Assembly: GCA_034780895.1 (NCBI GenBank)
Contig: JAUZTB010000069.1
Location: 1,962,227-2,025,556 of the forward strand
Reading direction: 5' to 3'
Origin: Rhynchobatus australiae
Lineage: Eukaryota
Length of the DNA stretch: 63,330 bases
Shown: piece after piece, positions 24,020 through 36,320 of the stretch
Position numbering within the stretch: position 1 is the first letter of the stretch
Layout: each line of letters starts with the position of its first letter
Made by a program: the position numbers and the translations under genes
Notes under the pieces: generated by a model
What the model saw: only the letters and a program-made list of their open reading frames with translations
What the model was told of the DNA's origin: nothing
Database searches by the model: none

Positions 24020-24761
24020 GTAGAAAATTAGTACTTATTGGCGTATCTTGAGCTTGCTTCTCATTCTGATTCAAGCAAGTTCAACAAACTTTCATTGTGT
24101 TGTTTCATTCTTTGCTGCAAAGAATTTAATCAAGAAATTCATAATTTTAGTGTTAAATGTTACTGTAATGGATTGTACACAACTATTCGAATGGGACTCA
24201 AATAGGTCATGTGCCATCTTAACCGATCCCAGTCACAGGAATGATAAATCTTGGCCTCTTCTTGCGACCTGGGGTCTTAATTTCATCCCAGACAGATGAA
24301 TTTAGAGCTTTATTATCTTACTGGAAGGATTCTTGTAAAGTTAGTTTGAAACTTCTCAAATGACCAGTAGGTAATATCGTGTCAAATTATTGACAATGTC
24401 ATTCTATTTGTCAGTCTCCCTCAAACGATGCAGGAAGGCCGGATTGGAAATTGAAAGACGAGGAAGGAAGTTTTCACTCAAGTGGGACCTTCTTTTGGCC
24501 TTTGGCTGTGTTTTAGTGTACCTAGATATACTGTAATCATTATATGAGGCTCCCCTGCATCTCAAAGCATCAGATGATTGGTGTTCTTATTCTACCATGA
24601 TGTGTTACTCTCCATCAGACTAGTATTTTAATCTATTTGTTTACTTTGTGCACATAAAACAAAATAAGGAAATCCACTCATATGGATTCATAAAATTTAG
24701 TTGTGAGATGCTTTGTTAGCTCGGTTTCCCATGAGGTTGCTTAACCATATTTCTTGTTCAG

Positions 24762-24898
24762 TCGCAATCGCATCCAAGCCTTGCAGATGGAGCTGACAGG
24801 CATTCAACTGCTGCGACAACAACTTGAGGAAAGCATTCAAACCAATCGAGACCTGCAGAAGAACTTGGAACAACAAATCCAGGATGTCAAAAGAAAAG
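24762..24898 (+). CDS. CDK5RAP2: Coding exon RNRIQALQMEL...DVKRK
   Basis: TTCAG acceptor, G|GTGGGA donor; phase 2/1. Confidence 0.87.
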
Positions 24899-25049
24899 GT
24901 GGGAAACCAATGGAAATATTCCGGTGCATTGTGGACCTAGGCTGCAAATCAGTTCTTAGTCTTAGAACCTGATAGGCAGTGGCACAGACGGGCTGTTCAT
25001 CAGCTTTTCAGCTTCCTTCCCTGCTCACAGCACCAAAGTTGGTTACTTC

Positions 25050-26470
25050 TACCCATCTGCTCAGGGTAACATCAATTAATTTACCACAGCTCATCAGTGA
25101 TAGTAACGATTTGGATGAGAATATAGGTGAGAATGATTAGTGTTTGTGGATGGCACCAAAATTGGTGCAATGGTGGACAGTGAAGAGCATTGTCTAAGGT
25201 TGCAACAGGATCTAGGTCAACCGGAAAGTGTGTCAAGGAATTTAACTTGGATGAGTGAAAAGTGTTGTATTTTAGGCAGTTAAACCAGGGCAGGACAGAC
25301 ACTGAATGACAGAACCTTGGGGAGTGTTGTAGAACAGAGAGACCTAGGGGTACGGGTACATAGTTCTCTGAAAGTGGCGACACAAGTAGACAGTGTTGGA
25401 TCTGGTTATTTTTGAATCCACAGGTTCTTTCAGGAATCCAGGAATGAGTTGAAAACAACTTGGTGCTTCAGAGTTTTATTGGAAAAGTTTAAAACAACAA
25501 AACAGTCACAGAGCACAATGGCACTGGCTTTGATGAGCCGAGACAAAGGGAACAAAAGATGAGCTCAGGCTGGGGGGAGGAAAGCAAGAGAAAGATTAAC
25601 AAAAAACGACACCTTTTATACCTGAGATAAGAGGTACTCCTTAGCTAACAATAGTCCAATCGGAAAACCTGTTAGATACTTGTGGCCAAACCAACCAATG
25701 GAAAAAAACACATTCTCCTGCTGGACAAACCAATAAACTAGTAAGCGGCCATTCCTTGTGCAGCCACTTGAGGTGTATTAAACACTATACATGTTTAAAA
25801 AAACTAATTAAAACAGTGGAATCCAACCACAAGATGATGAAGAAGCTGTCTGCCATGTTTGCTTTCAGTGGACAGTGCACTGCGTACAAGGGTTGGGTTG
25901 CCACATCACAGCTGTTCCAGGGTGTTGGTGAGACCACAGCTGGAATGTTGTGTGCAGTTCTGGATACCATACTATAGAAAAAAATGCAATTAAGCCAGAG
26001 ATGACGCAGAAAAGATTCACAGGGATGTTGCTGGGGCTGGGGGGCTTGAGTTATGAGAGACAGGATAGGCTGGGACTTTTTTCCCTGGAGTGAAGGAGGC
26101 TGAGGGGTGGCCTTTACAGAGGGTTAGGAAATCCTGAGAAGCATTGATAAGGTGAATGGTCACTGTCTCTATCCCAGTGTAGGGGAGTCTAAAACCAGAG
26201 GGCATTGATTTAAAGTGAGAGGGGAAAGATTTAAGGGAGACCTGAGGGGCAGGTTTTTCAACACAGGTGTTTGGGATATGGGATGAGCTACCAGAGGAAG
26301 TTGTAGGGATTGATACATTTACAATGTTTACAAGACATTTGGACATGTACACAGATAGCAAAAGATTTAGAGGGATGTGGGCCAAATGCAGGCAAATGGG
26401 ACTGGCTCAGGAAGGCATGGACAAGTTGGGCTGAAGGGTCTGTTACTGTGCTGTACAACTCGAACTATAA
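25050..26470 (+). mobile_element. CR1-type LINE fragment interrupted by a solo LTR
   Basis: ..EQRDLGV.VH.SLKVATQVD (break) ..VQFW.PYYRK.. and 3' tail GGGCTGAAGGGTCTG. Confidence 0.8.
25394..25828 (-). mobile_element. Solo LTR nested in the LINE
   Basis: Termini TGTTGGAT...ATCCAAC(C); flanks ACAG/ACAA; minus-strand TATAAAA (~25614-25620) and AATAAA (~25476-25481); CCAAT boxes. Confidence 0.6.
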
Positions 26471-29104
26471 AGTTAGGGGTTTTATTCTGTATGGTTTTAC
26501 TATTAAACCAAGCAGTGTCTTTACTTTGAATACAATTGGGAGAGGCCTCACCTTAAAAAGACTACTTTTTTAGATTTTTGTTATGTGCAGCTAATGAAGA
26601 TTATAAAGTGGGTAGATGGAATTAAGGTTCAAGCAGCCATGTTTGAATTGAATGAGGATATGTTGTATCGCAAAGTTACCAATTCAAGACCCATTCCCTT
26701 ATTTATGTTGATTTTTATTTAAATGAAATGAGTTGTTAATAAAGCTTTACCATTTTAATTCAGGATTGTTAGTAAATGAATGGAAGAATAATTAAATTGG
26801 CACCATCCTGTTCAGGTGCTAATTAGTAGGCTGGGTATAATTTATTTAGTTTTCTGTTTTTAAAGGCTAAGAAATGGGTTGTTGTCATCCCTAATGGGAT
26901 GGTGTTTAAATTTTTTCTGCTGATACAATTTGCAATATAAATAGTGTTTAGCAAAAGCCAATGAAGTTTAATTACAGATTCTAATTTTTAGAGACATAAT
27001 TAATATTCTGTTTTGATATATGAATATTCATTGTAAAAGTATTTTTGTACAGCCTTTTTGGAGTAAATTGCCTGTTGAGATACCTTTTGCTTTCAGTACA
27101 ATGTTTAATTCATGCACAAGGGGGTTTTGAAATCATTGAGCTGACAGCAGTTGAATAAAAGAGCACAGCCTTTCATAATGTTGCATTTTGTGTTCCTAAA
27201 TGCACTCTGAAACTAGGCAACCTATTTTTCAATATCAAGTGTTGATTGANNNNNNNNNNNNNNNNNNNNNNNNNNNNNNNNNNNNNNNNNNNNNNNNNNN
27301 NNNNNNNNNNNNNNNNNNNNNNNNNNNNNNNNNNNNNNNNNNNNNNNNNGAACTCTTTGTGCACGAAAATTTGGGAAATCCAAAATCTGCAGGAAATCCA
27401 AGTTTTACCTTTCTGGAAATGCTATGTAATCTCAAAAATCTATTTTCAGTGCATTAGTTAGAGCCTGGAGTCTGGTATAGCCCTTTAGTAACTCTGATGT
27501 ACAAGTTTTGCCCCTTACCATATTTGCTGCTTAAAAGCAACTTTTTGCTACTCTTGAGTCAACTTTTGTGCCGTCTTGTATCCCTGGATTCACTTCCTCA
27601 GTCCTTCATGTTGATTTCTGCTATTTTGGTGTTTCCATGGTGAATCGTCAGTTAGAGAAGTCAGGGAATGAAAGGACTGATCAGTGAGTCATATTTAGGG
27701 TGATTGGCACGATATTGGTTTGGTGAAATAGTTAAGTCTCCTGAAACAGATTACGATGACACAAAGTGTTATGTGGTCTAGGAGCAATCTCTGCTGCAGG
27801 TGCTTTGACCAAGCCCTCCCTATGGTTGGTGGTACTTCTGCTTTCAATAACAGAAGTGCTGATCTTAAACAGGAATTGAGTATATAGTTTAACTAATAAT
27901 AGATTTTGATTCATTTAAGAGAAAAGTGTTTGAAGAGGTTCTTTTGATAGAGGATTTCAAAAGAAATTATCCTGTCTGACCTGCATTTTGGCAGAGAGGA
28001 TGTGATGTAGTTTAGAAAGATCAGCAAAACTATGGGAAATGGAATTCAATATAGAGAAGTTAAAATTTGTCAATTGGATTGTTGTATATCTTGNNNNNNN
28101 NNNNNNNNNNNNNNNNNNNNNNNNNNNNNNNNNNNNNNNNNNNNNNNNNNNNNNNNNNNNNNNNNNNNNNNNNNNNNNNNNNNNNNNNNNNNNNNNNNNN
28201 NNNNNNNNNNNNNNNNNNNNNNNNNNNNNNNNNNNNNNNNNNNNNNNNNNNNNNNNNNNNNNNNNNNNNNNNNNNNNNNNNNNNNNNNNNNNNNNNNNNN
28301 NNNNNNNNNNNNNNNNNNNNNNNNNNNNNNNNNNNNNNNNNNNNNNNNNNNNNNNNNNNNNNNNNNNNNNNNNNNNNNNNNNNNNNNNNNNNNNNNNNNN
28401 NNNNNNNNNNNNNNNNNNNNNNNNNNNNNNNNNNNNNNNNNNNNNNNNNNNNNNNNNNNNNNNNNNNNNNNNNNNNNNNNNNNNNNNNNNNNNNNNNNNN
28501 NNNNNNNNNNNNNNNNNNNNNNNNNNNNNNNNNNNNNNNNNNNNNNNNNNNNNNNNNNNNNNNNNNNNNNNAAGAGAGATCAGGCTCATTTGTGATGTCC
28601 TAATGGTTGAATATTACTTGGACAAAACATCAAACAGCTGTAGCCATGGGGCAAGAAAACAAAATTAACCATTCTCATCTTGAGGGTGCTTATTCAGACT
28701 CACCACCTGGAGTCTTGTATTTGATTTGAGGCAGTGTAATTCAAGGCAGAATAATTAACCTTGGTGGAATCACTGCTGTAATTCACCAAAAGGTAACAGG
28801 GATTATAGTGTTAAAAATGAAGCCAGCTTGGGTAAGATTTGAATTTTAAAAATGTTATAAGTATTCCATTCAGGGTGCTTGAAGTTGTATTCTATTTGGC
28901 ACATGTGGATTTTACTTTTCCTTTCTGGATCAGGAAATCCAGCTGCTAGTATTAGATCCAGGCAACTTGGGTATGAACTCTGCCCTTTAGGTACAGTAGA
29001 GGCTGGCCCAAGTGACAATGGAATAGTTAACTCTGGAGAGCACAAAGGCATGGATGAGAGTTTCAGCAACATGTGAGCTTGAGACCAATGTAGTNNNNNN
29101 NNNN

Positions 29105-31800
29105 AGGCCATTTGGCCCAGTTCCTCGTCCACTATTCAATAAAACCAGGGCTGATCTTTTCCACCAGTGTAACTTTTTCACAAACCCCATATTTCTTGAT
29201 TCGCTTTAGTATCTAAAATTCTGTCAATCTCTTCTGATATCTACTGAGCCACAGCAGTCCTCGAGTAGAGAATCGCTCAAGTTGCTTCATGTATGCTTCA
29301 TCAGGACAGTATGTGGTCTATTTCCCTTCATCATTGCTCCAGATTCCAGCATCTGCAGAATCTCTTGTGTCTTCTTAAAAATACTTTCTGCCTTTTTATT
29401 TCTGCCGAAGTGGAGGATCTCATATGTTTCCACATTATGTTCCATCTGCCATGTCCTTGCACAGCCACTTGGCCTGTCTTGTCCCCCTGAATCCTCACTA
29501 AACCCTGCCTGTTGTATCGGCAACAAGACTAAATCTTTTTGTGTATGATTTCCCCATCATCCAAATCACTGATGTGGCTCTGCTCCCAGTTCTGATCTCT
29601 GCTGCAACCACAAGTTGTAGCCTTCCAGCCTGAAAATTACCCCTTTTATTCCTTCTGTATTCTATCTGTTAACTAGTCCTTGGTCCAGGCAAGCATTTTC
29701 TTCCCACCATGCTCTAATTTTTTTTAATCTTGTATGGCAGCTTTATCGAAGGACTTCTGAAAGTGCAAGTATGCTACATCCACTGGTTTGCCCTAATCTA
29801 TTCTTTGTTTTAATAAATCTGTGTTGACTTTACCCAGTCATATTATTTTCCATGAATTCATCCTCCACACTATCAAACATACAACAATACAGCACAGGAC
29901 AGGCCTTCTGGTCACAATGTACTGACCATGATGCCAATCCAGACTAATCCCATCTGCCTGCATATGGTCTATATCCCTCCATCCCCTGCCTATTCATGTA
30001 CCTGTCTAAATATCTCTTAAATATTGTTGTCATATCTGCTTCCACCACCTCTCCTGGCAGTGTTTCCGGCACACACCATTCTGTGTATTTTCAAACAAAA
30101 ACATGCCTCTTAAATCTCTTTTAACCTTTCTCCCTCTCACATTAAAGCTATGCCCTCGAGTATTTGACATTTCTACCCTGGGAAAAGAGAGACTGACTAT
30201 CTACCCTATCTATGCATCTCATAATTATATATACTTCTATCATATCTCCCTTCAGCCTCTGACATTCCAGAGAAAACAATCCAAGACTGTTCAACCTCCT
30301 TATAATTAATGCTCTCCAATCCAGCCAACATCCTGGTGAATTCTGCACCCTCTCCAAAACCTCCACATCCTTCCTGTAATGCAGTGACCAGAACTGCACA
30401 CAGGATTCCTAGTACTGCCTAACCAAAGCTTTATACTGCCACAGAGTGCCTTCCCAACTTTTATATTCAACCCTCCCCCGACTGATGAAGGCAAGCCTGC
30501 TGTACACTGCCTGCACCACCCGATCTATTTGTGTTGCCACTTTTGGGGAGTTATAACTTGCACCCCAATATCCTTCTGCACATCAGTGCTCCTAAAGGTC
30601 CTGCTATTTATTGTGTACTTACCTCTTGCATTTGACCTCCCAATGTGCGACACCTCACTCGACCAGATTAAACTTCATCTGCCGTTTCTCTGCTCATGTT
30701 TACAACTGATCTATATCCTGCGGAATCCTTTGACAACTTTCCCCACTATCCACAGTACTGCCATTTTTCATGACATCTGCAAACTTACTCATCAGTCCAC
30801 TTAGATTTTGCATCCAAATCATTTGTATATAGGTCCCAGCAGTGATCGCACTGGAACACCACTGGTCCCAGATTTCCACGCAGAATAACATCGCTTCACC
30901 ACTACCTTCTGTTTTCTATTCAATTTCAGATTCAATTTTGAATCCAGTCTACCAAGTCTCCATGGATCTTCTGGATCAGCCTACCATGGGGGATCTTGTC
31001 GAAAGTTTTACTAATGTCCATGTATACAACATTCACTGCCCTACCATCGTCAATCATCTTTGTCATTTCAAAAAACTCAAATTTGTAAGACATGATTTCC
31101 CCCCTCCCCACCCCACAAAGCATGCTGACTGTCCCTAATAAGTCTGCTTTTTCCAGATTCAAGTAGATTTGATCACTAAGAATCTTCTCCAATAATTTTT
31201 CTACCACTGATGTAAGGCTCACTGGCCTATAATTTTCTGATTTGTTTCTATTGCCCTTCTTAAATAGCTCATTTCAGCTTATTACTGCTTGTTTGTTTTG
31301 CTCAGTCACTTTGTAGTTCCCCATGATCATTGTATGACCCATGTTGCATTCCCCTCCAGTTTCCTGATGTGTACTGTGTTGTGCATTACCGCTACTGTTT
31401 GGGGGTCTATGTACCACACTGACCAATGTCTTCCACTCTTTGCTGTTGCTTAGCTTCACTACTACTTGGAAATATACAAAAGGCAGATAGTGGAAATCTG
31501 AAATAAAAACAGAAAATGCTGAAAATGTTCAATAGGCCTGGAGGGATCTCTGGAAAAAGATTGGCTTCCCACAGATGTAATGAGATCTGCTGAGTATTAC
31601 CACCACTTCTTGATTTCCCTTGATTATCCAAGCAGGGATCTGTCCCCACTGTTGTCCTTATCCCATTCTTTAATATCAAGGCTACCTTGCTTCCTTTTCC
31701 ATTTTTCCTATCTCTTTAAGAAATTAAGTATCCTGGGCTGTTTAATTCCCAATCTTGTTTATTTTGTATCCATGTCTTTGTAATGGTAGATAGATCCTAT
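29105..31800 (-). mobile_element. Cluster of nested CR1-type LINE fragments
   Basis: SLTSVVEKLLEKIL, VYMDISKTFDKIPH, SKFADV, QFWSLHYRKDV, VVHRPPNSS on the minus strand. Confidence 0.75.
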
Positions 31801-32916
31801 TCGTGTATGTTTACTTCTGGCATTAATTCATCTACCATTACAAATGCTATGTGTATTGAGATGGTGTTCAGTTTTGCCCTTTTCACCATTTTCCCCTGGC
31901 CCAGTTCTAATTCAATGTATCCTTAATGTTAGAATGAACTTCCCTCTCCTGATCGGCACTGGTACCCATCTTGCTACCCTGTATAATCATCTGCCCTTTT
32001 GCTTTTAATTTGGTAGATTTCCCTCACTGATCTGGATGTTATCTGTGTAGAATTGGAAACTGGTGTCGTGTATCTGGCTAGAAAGTAGATGAGAAAGAAG
32101 CGATGGTTGGTCATGGTGGTATTGTAGATTCCAAGGATGCAAACCAGTGGCAACCTTGCAGGAGTGCAAACAGTGACGATTCTGTAGTTGTCTGGCTGTG
32201 AGTGCAGGGGGGTGGCTAGCAGCTGGATAGTGGATGGAAAAGGGCATGCACAGCATGTCAGTGAATGCAGTCTGGTTGAAGAGGGATATATTTGGGAGGT
32301 CAATTAAGATATCTTTCAGTAACCCTTTGATCAAGGCTGGTTTGGTCATGTGGCTGCTCTGTAAATCTGCTTCAGAATGATTCAAACAAGGAGCTCCGTG
32401 TATGATGGACATAGTTGGGAGGCAACAACACATTCAAGGAAATTGGAGAGAGAGGGTGAATTGGAAATGAAATATTTGTTCCAAGATGATTCCTGTTTTC
32501 TCCTTGTATACACTCTTCAAAATCCATTTCATGTATGAACGTGAAATTCCTGATATTTGTCTTGATGCTTTGTTCTGCTTCCTCAGTGTAGTTTTTGTTA
32601 CTGCTTTTTCCCTACAGTTCATTCTCTTGTTTCTTTCCTGCTTCCTTATGGTTTAAGAAACTGTCCTTGCCTTGTAACTTGATCCTTTTAAATTTGAGAT
32701 CAGTTTAATGGGTCTTCTGCATTGCCTCTAGTACCTATCTGTATTTGCTCTGAGATATTGTCTATAGAATGGAACACACTAGTTGGGTGCAGTTTGAAGA
32801 GAACATTATACCACTTGGAAAATGGAATCTGTTTTCTTTATTGCTTTTTGCAGAATTTCATCTGGCAGTACCTGAGCTGAAAATATTGACTTGATCTTTA
32901 AAACTTTGTTCCCCAG

Positions 32917-33069
32917 ACATTGTTTCCAAAGGAGATGTGGTTGACTTTAGTGAGATGGAGTGTCTGCGGCACCAGTTGGAAGATGCCCAACGCTGGAATG
33001 TTTCGCTACAGTCGCGACTTGGACAGATGCAGGCTAGAGCTGGTGGTGTGGGTGCAGCCAATGATTCAG
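32917..33069 (+). CDS. CDK5RAP2: Coding exon (D)IVSKG...QLEDAQRWNVSLQSRLG...AANDS
   Basis: CCCCAG acceptor, G|GTATAC donor; phase 1/1. Confidence 0.82.
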
Positions 33070-33239
33070 GTATACCTTTGCCTTTCCCCATGTCATGTGT
33101 ATCATCAATGTGCCCAAGATATACTTTGGGAAACTTGTCAACATGCAGTACATGTTTCCTGTTTGGTGTGCTGTTCAAATGTTGAATTGTAGCTTTATAT
33201 TTATTATCATTGATATACAAGTTTTAGAAAAATTTTATA

Positions 33240-33520
33240 AGAACTAAAGCACAAACAGGCGCTTTTGGTCCACATAGTCCACAGCATCTAGCACACCTTG
33301 CATTAATCCCATTTTCTCCCCATGGTGCCATCAATTCCCCTCAAATTGTACCACTTGCACATTAGGGGCAATTCATTGGCCAATTAACCTACCAACACAC
33401 AGGTCTTTGATGTGGGGTGAAACTGGAGCACCCTGGGCACGGAGGATGTGCCAACTCCAATGGACAGCACCAGAGGTCAGGATTGACCCCAGGTTGCTGC
33501 ACTCATGAGGCAGCAGCTGT
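33240..33520 (-). mobile_element. HE1-like SINE
   Basis: CCAATTAACCTACC...AACTGGAGCACCC...GGATTGACCCCAGG (reverse B-box). Confidence 0.55.
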
Positions 33521-33649
33521 GTCACCTCCCAATTAGATGGAGTTCACCAGACTGGGTAACATTATGCGCAATATCAGGACAATGAATATAAAAGGTTGTC
33601 CAATCACAGAACTGAGAGTTGTCTTCACTAGTTCTATAGTTTCTAGGTG

Positions 33650-34400
33650 GGAGTGTCACTGTGAGGGAGATGCAGAGGCTTCAGGGCAATAATGGCAGGT
33701 TAAGTAAATGGACAAGAACATGGCAGAGAGGCTATAATATAGGGAAAAACATGATGTCCTTCACTTTGGCACCAAGGGTAAAAAGGCAAGATGTTCTTTA
33801 AATGGAGAGCAATTGAAAGGTGTTGGTTGGTGTTCGGAGGAACCCAGGAAACACAAAGCTAACTTGCATGTTAAGCAAGCAAACTGTATGTCAGCCTTTG
33901 CTGCAATAATAGTTGAGCACAAGGATGGAGACTGCTTGCTCAAGTTATCCAGGGCTCTTGTGCAACTGTCTGGAATATTGTTTTATTGGTTTGGTCTGCC
34001 CATCCTGGGAAGGATATATTTGGAAAGAAGGCAGTGGAGGTTCATTGTCTTGATTCATGGGATGAAAGATTTGTCATATGAGAAAAGGTTAAGCAGAGTG
34101 GACTTCCAGTCTCAAGTTTAGAACAATGACATGCATCTCTTTGAAACGTGCAAAATTCTTCCAGGATTTCATGGAACAGATGAGGAGGTGATGTTTCCCT
34201 GGTGAGGGAGTTGAACTTCACATTGGCCATTCAGATCATAAGACACTTTTTCACTCAGAGAAATTAATATTTGAAATTCTCTACCCAGGGGTGATGTAGA
34301 TTCTCAGTCATTTAGATGTAATTGAGGCACAGGTTGATAAATTTTTGGATATATTAAGGGAAATGGGGTTGGTNNNNNNNNNNGGAAAATAGCATCAAGA
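33650..34400 (+). mobile_element. Degenerate CR1-type LINE 3' fragment
   Basis: GMKDLSYEKRLSR-like peptide; TTTTCACTCAGAG and TTGAAATTCTCTACCC. Confidence 0.55.
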
Positions 34401-34480
34401 TAACCATGATTTTATAGGATGACACATCAGGTACAAGGATACAATAGTCACTTGTAATTTCTTGCATTCTGATATTCTAG

Positions 34481-34596
34481 GTAACACTTTTACAAGCTGT
34501 GGAGACCAGACTTCGTATCTCAGCATCTGCCTGGGCCAGTTTGATGACTTGGAGCAGGAAATAGTGAATCTTTCTCTGCCAGAGCTCCGACAAAAG
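34481..34596 (+). CDS. CDK5RAP2: Coding exon (G)NTF...DQTSYLSICL...ELRQK
   Basis: TCTAG acceptor, AAG|GTGAAC donor; phase 1/0; CDK5RAP2-like DQTxYLSICL. Confidence 0.88.
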
Positions 34597-34722
34597 GTGA
34601 ACATTTTCAATCTGATGTGCCCACCTCGCACAGATCTTGTTTCTTTTAATTAAAATATATAATACTGCAGACAACAAAAATAGAACACCTATTTCCTGTT
34701 CGTTCCTCCTATAAAATTCCAG

Positions 34723-34860
34723 GTTATTGAACTTCTGAAATCCCTGAAAGCATTGCAAGCCAACAGTCAGGAGTCGCAAGACAGAATTAGCATGTCAGAG
34801 CACTCTGTTCTCTGCTCCAACAGCGAAGATAAACAAGAGGAATCATCGGTGGCTGCACAG
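34723..34860 (+). CDS. CDK5RAP2: Coding exon VIELLKS...VAAQ
   Basis: TCCAG acceptor, CAG|GTGAAG donor (alternative in-frame donor after 34866). Confidence 0.78.
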
Positions 34861-35332
34861 GTGAAGGTTAAGAAACTGCTCTGAAATTGCTTTAACGCCC
34901 TTCACATTATTCTGCAGCTAAAACTACTTTTGCTTCCAGTGTTGTGCACAGCTGCTGAAGTGGCATAAAATATTTTGGTTCAGAATGCAGCTCAAGTTGG
35001 ATATAGAAAGTATATTCAAGCAGTACGTGTGGTATGGATAAGTGTGTGAATTCTAAGAGATCATGAATTTAGTTAAATTGTAGTTTGGCTGTTTAATTAT
35101 CTTCAGAGTATTTTGTGCATTTCCTCTAAACTTAGTGCATGAATTCCCATTATATAACAAAAATATAACTAGTTTATATTGTTTATTGTCAATTTAAAAT
35201 TATTCACATGTTTAAGCGACTTGTCAGGATGTNNNNNNNNNNNNNNNNNNNNNNNNNNNNNNNNNNNNNNNNNNNNNNNNNNNNNNNNNNNNNNNNNNNN
35301 NNNNNNNNNNNNNNNNNNNNNNNNNNNNNNNN

Positions 35333-36135
35333 CCGGAGAAGTGTGAGGTGGTACACTTTGGAAGGACAAACTCCAAGGCAGAGTACAAGGTTAATGGCAG
35401 GATTCTGGGGAGTGTGGAGGAGGAGAGGGATCTGGGGGTCCACATTCACAGATCCCTGAAAGTTGCCTCACAGGTGGATAGGGTAGTTAAGAAAGTTTAT
35501 GGGATGTTAGCATTCATAAGTCATGGGATCAAGTTTAAGAGCCACAAAGTAATGATGCAGCTCTACAAAACTCTGGTTAGATCACACTTAGTACGCTACT
35601 GTGTTCAGTTCTGGTCGCCTCATTATAGGAAGGATGTGGAAGCATTGGAAAGGGTGCAGAAGAAATTTACCGGGATGCTGCCGGGTTTAGAGAGTCTGCA
35701 TTATGAGGAGAGACTAAGGGAGCTAGGGCTTTACTCTTTGGAGAGAGGAGGATGAGAGGAAATATGATAGAGGTGGACAAAATATTAAGAGGAATAGATA
35801 GAGTGGAGAACCAGCGCCTCTTTCCCAGGGCACCAAGGCTCAATACAAGAGGGCATAGCTTTTAAGTAATGGGTGGGAAGTTCAAGGGAGATATCAGAGG
35901 GTTTTTTTTTACCCAGAAAGTGGTTGGGGCATGGAATGCTCTGCCTGGGGCAGTGGTGGAGGCAGGTACATTGGTCAAATTCAAGAGATTACTAGATAAG
36001 CATATGGGGGAATTTAAAATAGAGCGGTATGTGGGAGGAAGGGGCTAGATATTCTTAGGCGAGGTTTAAAGGTTGGCACAACATTGTGGGCCGAAGGGCC
36101 TGTATTGTGCTGCACTGTTCTATGATTCTATGATA
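35333..36135 (+). mobile_element. Relatively young CR1-type LINE 3' part
   Basis: HFGRTN..EEERDLGVHIH..YCVQFWSPHYRKDV; tail GGGCCGAAGGGCCTG...TTCTATGATTCTATG. Confidence 0.85.
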
Positions 36136-36174
36136 TTACATTAAAGTTGGATATATTACAGAGAACAGTGTCAG

Positions 36175-36320
36175 AGAACTGTGGCAACAAAAGTCTTCTG
36201 GAGGAACTCAGCGGGTCAAGCAGCATCCGTGGGGATGGAAGAAATTGTTTCAGGTCAAAACCCTGCATGATAATTATTTGTTGCTCTAGATTCCAGCATC
36301 TACAATCTCTTATGCCTCCA
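36175..36320. mobile_element. Penelope-derived hairpin element, partial
   Basis: CTGGAGGAACTCAGCGGGTCAAGCAGCATC ... GATTCCAGCATCTACA. Confidence 0.55.
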
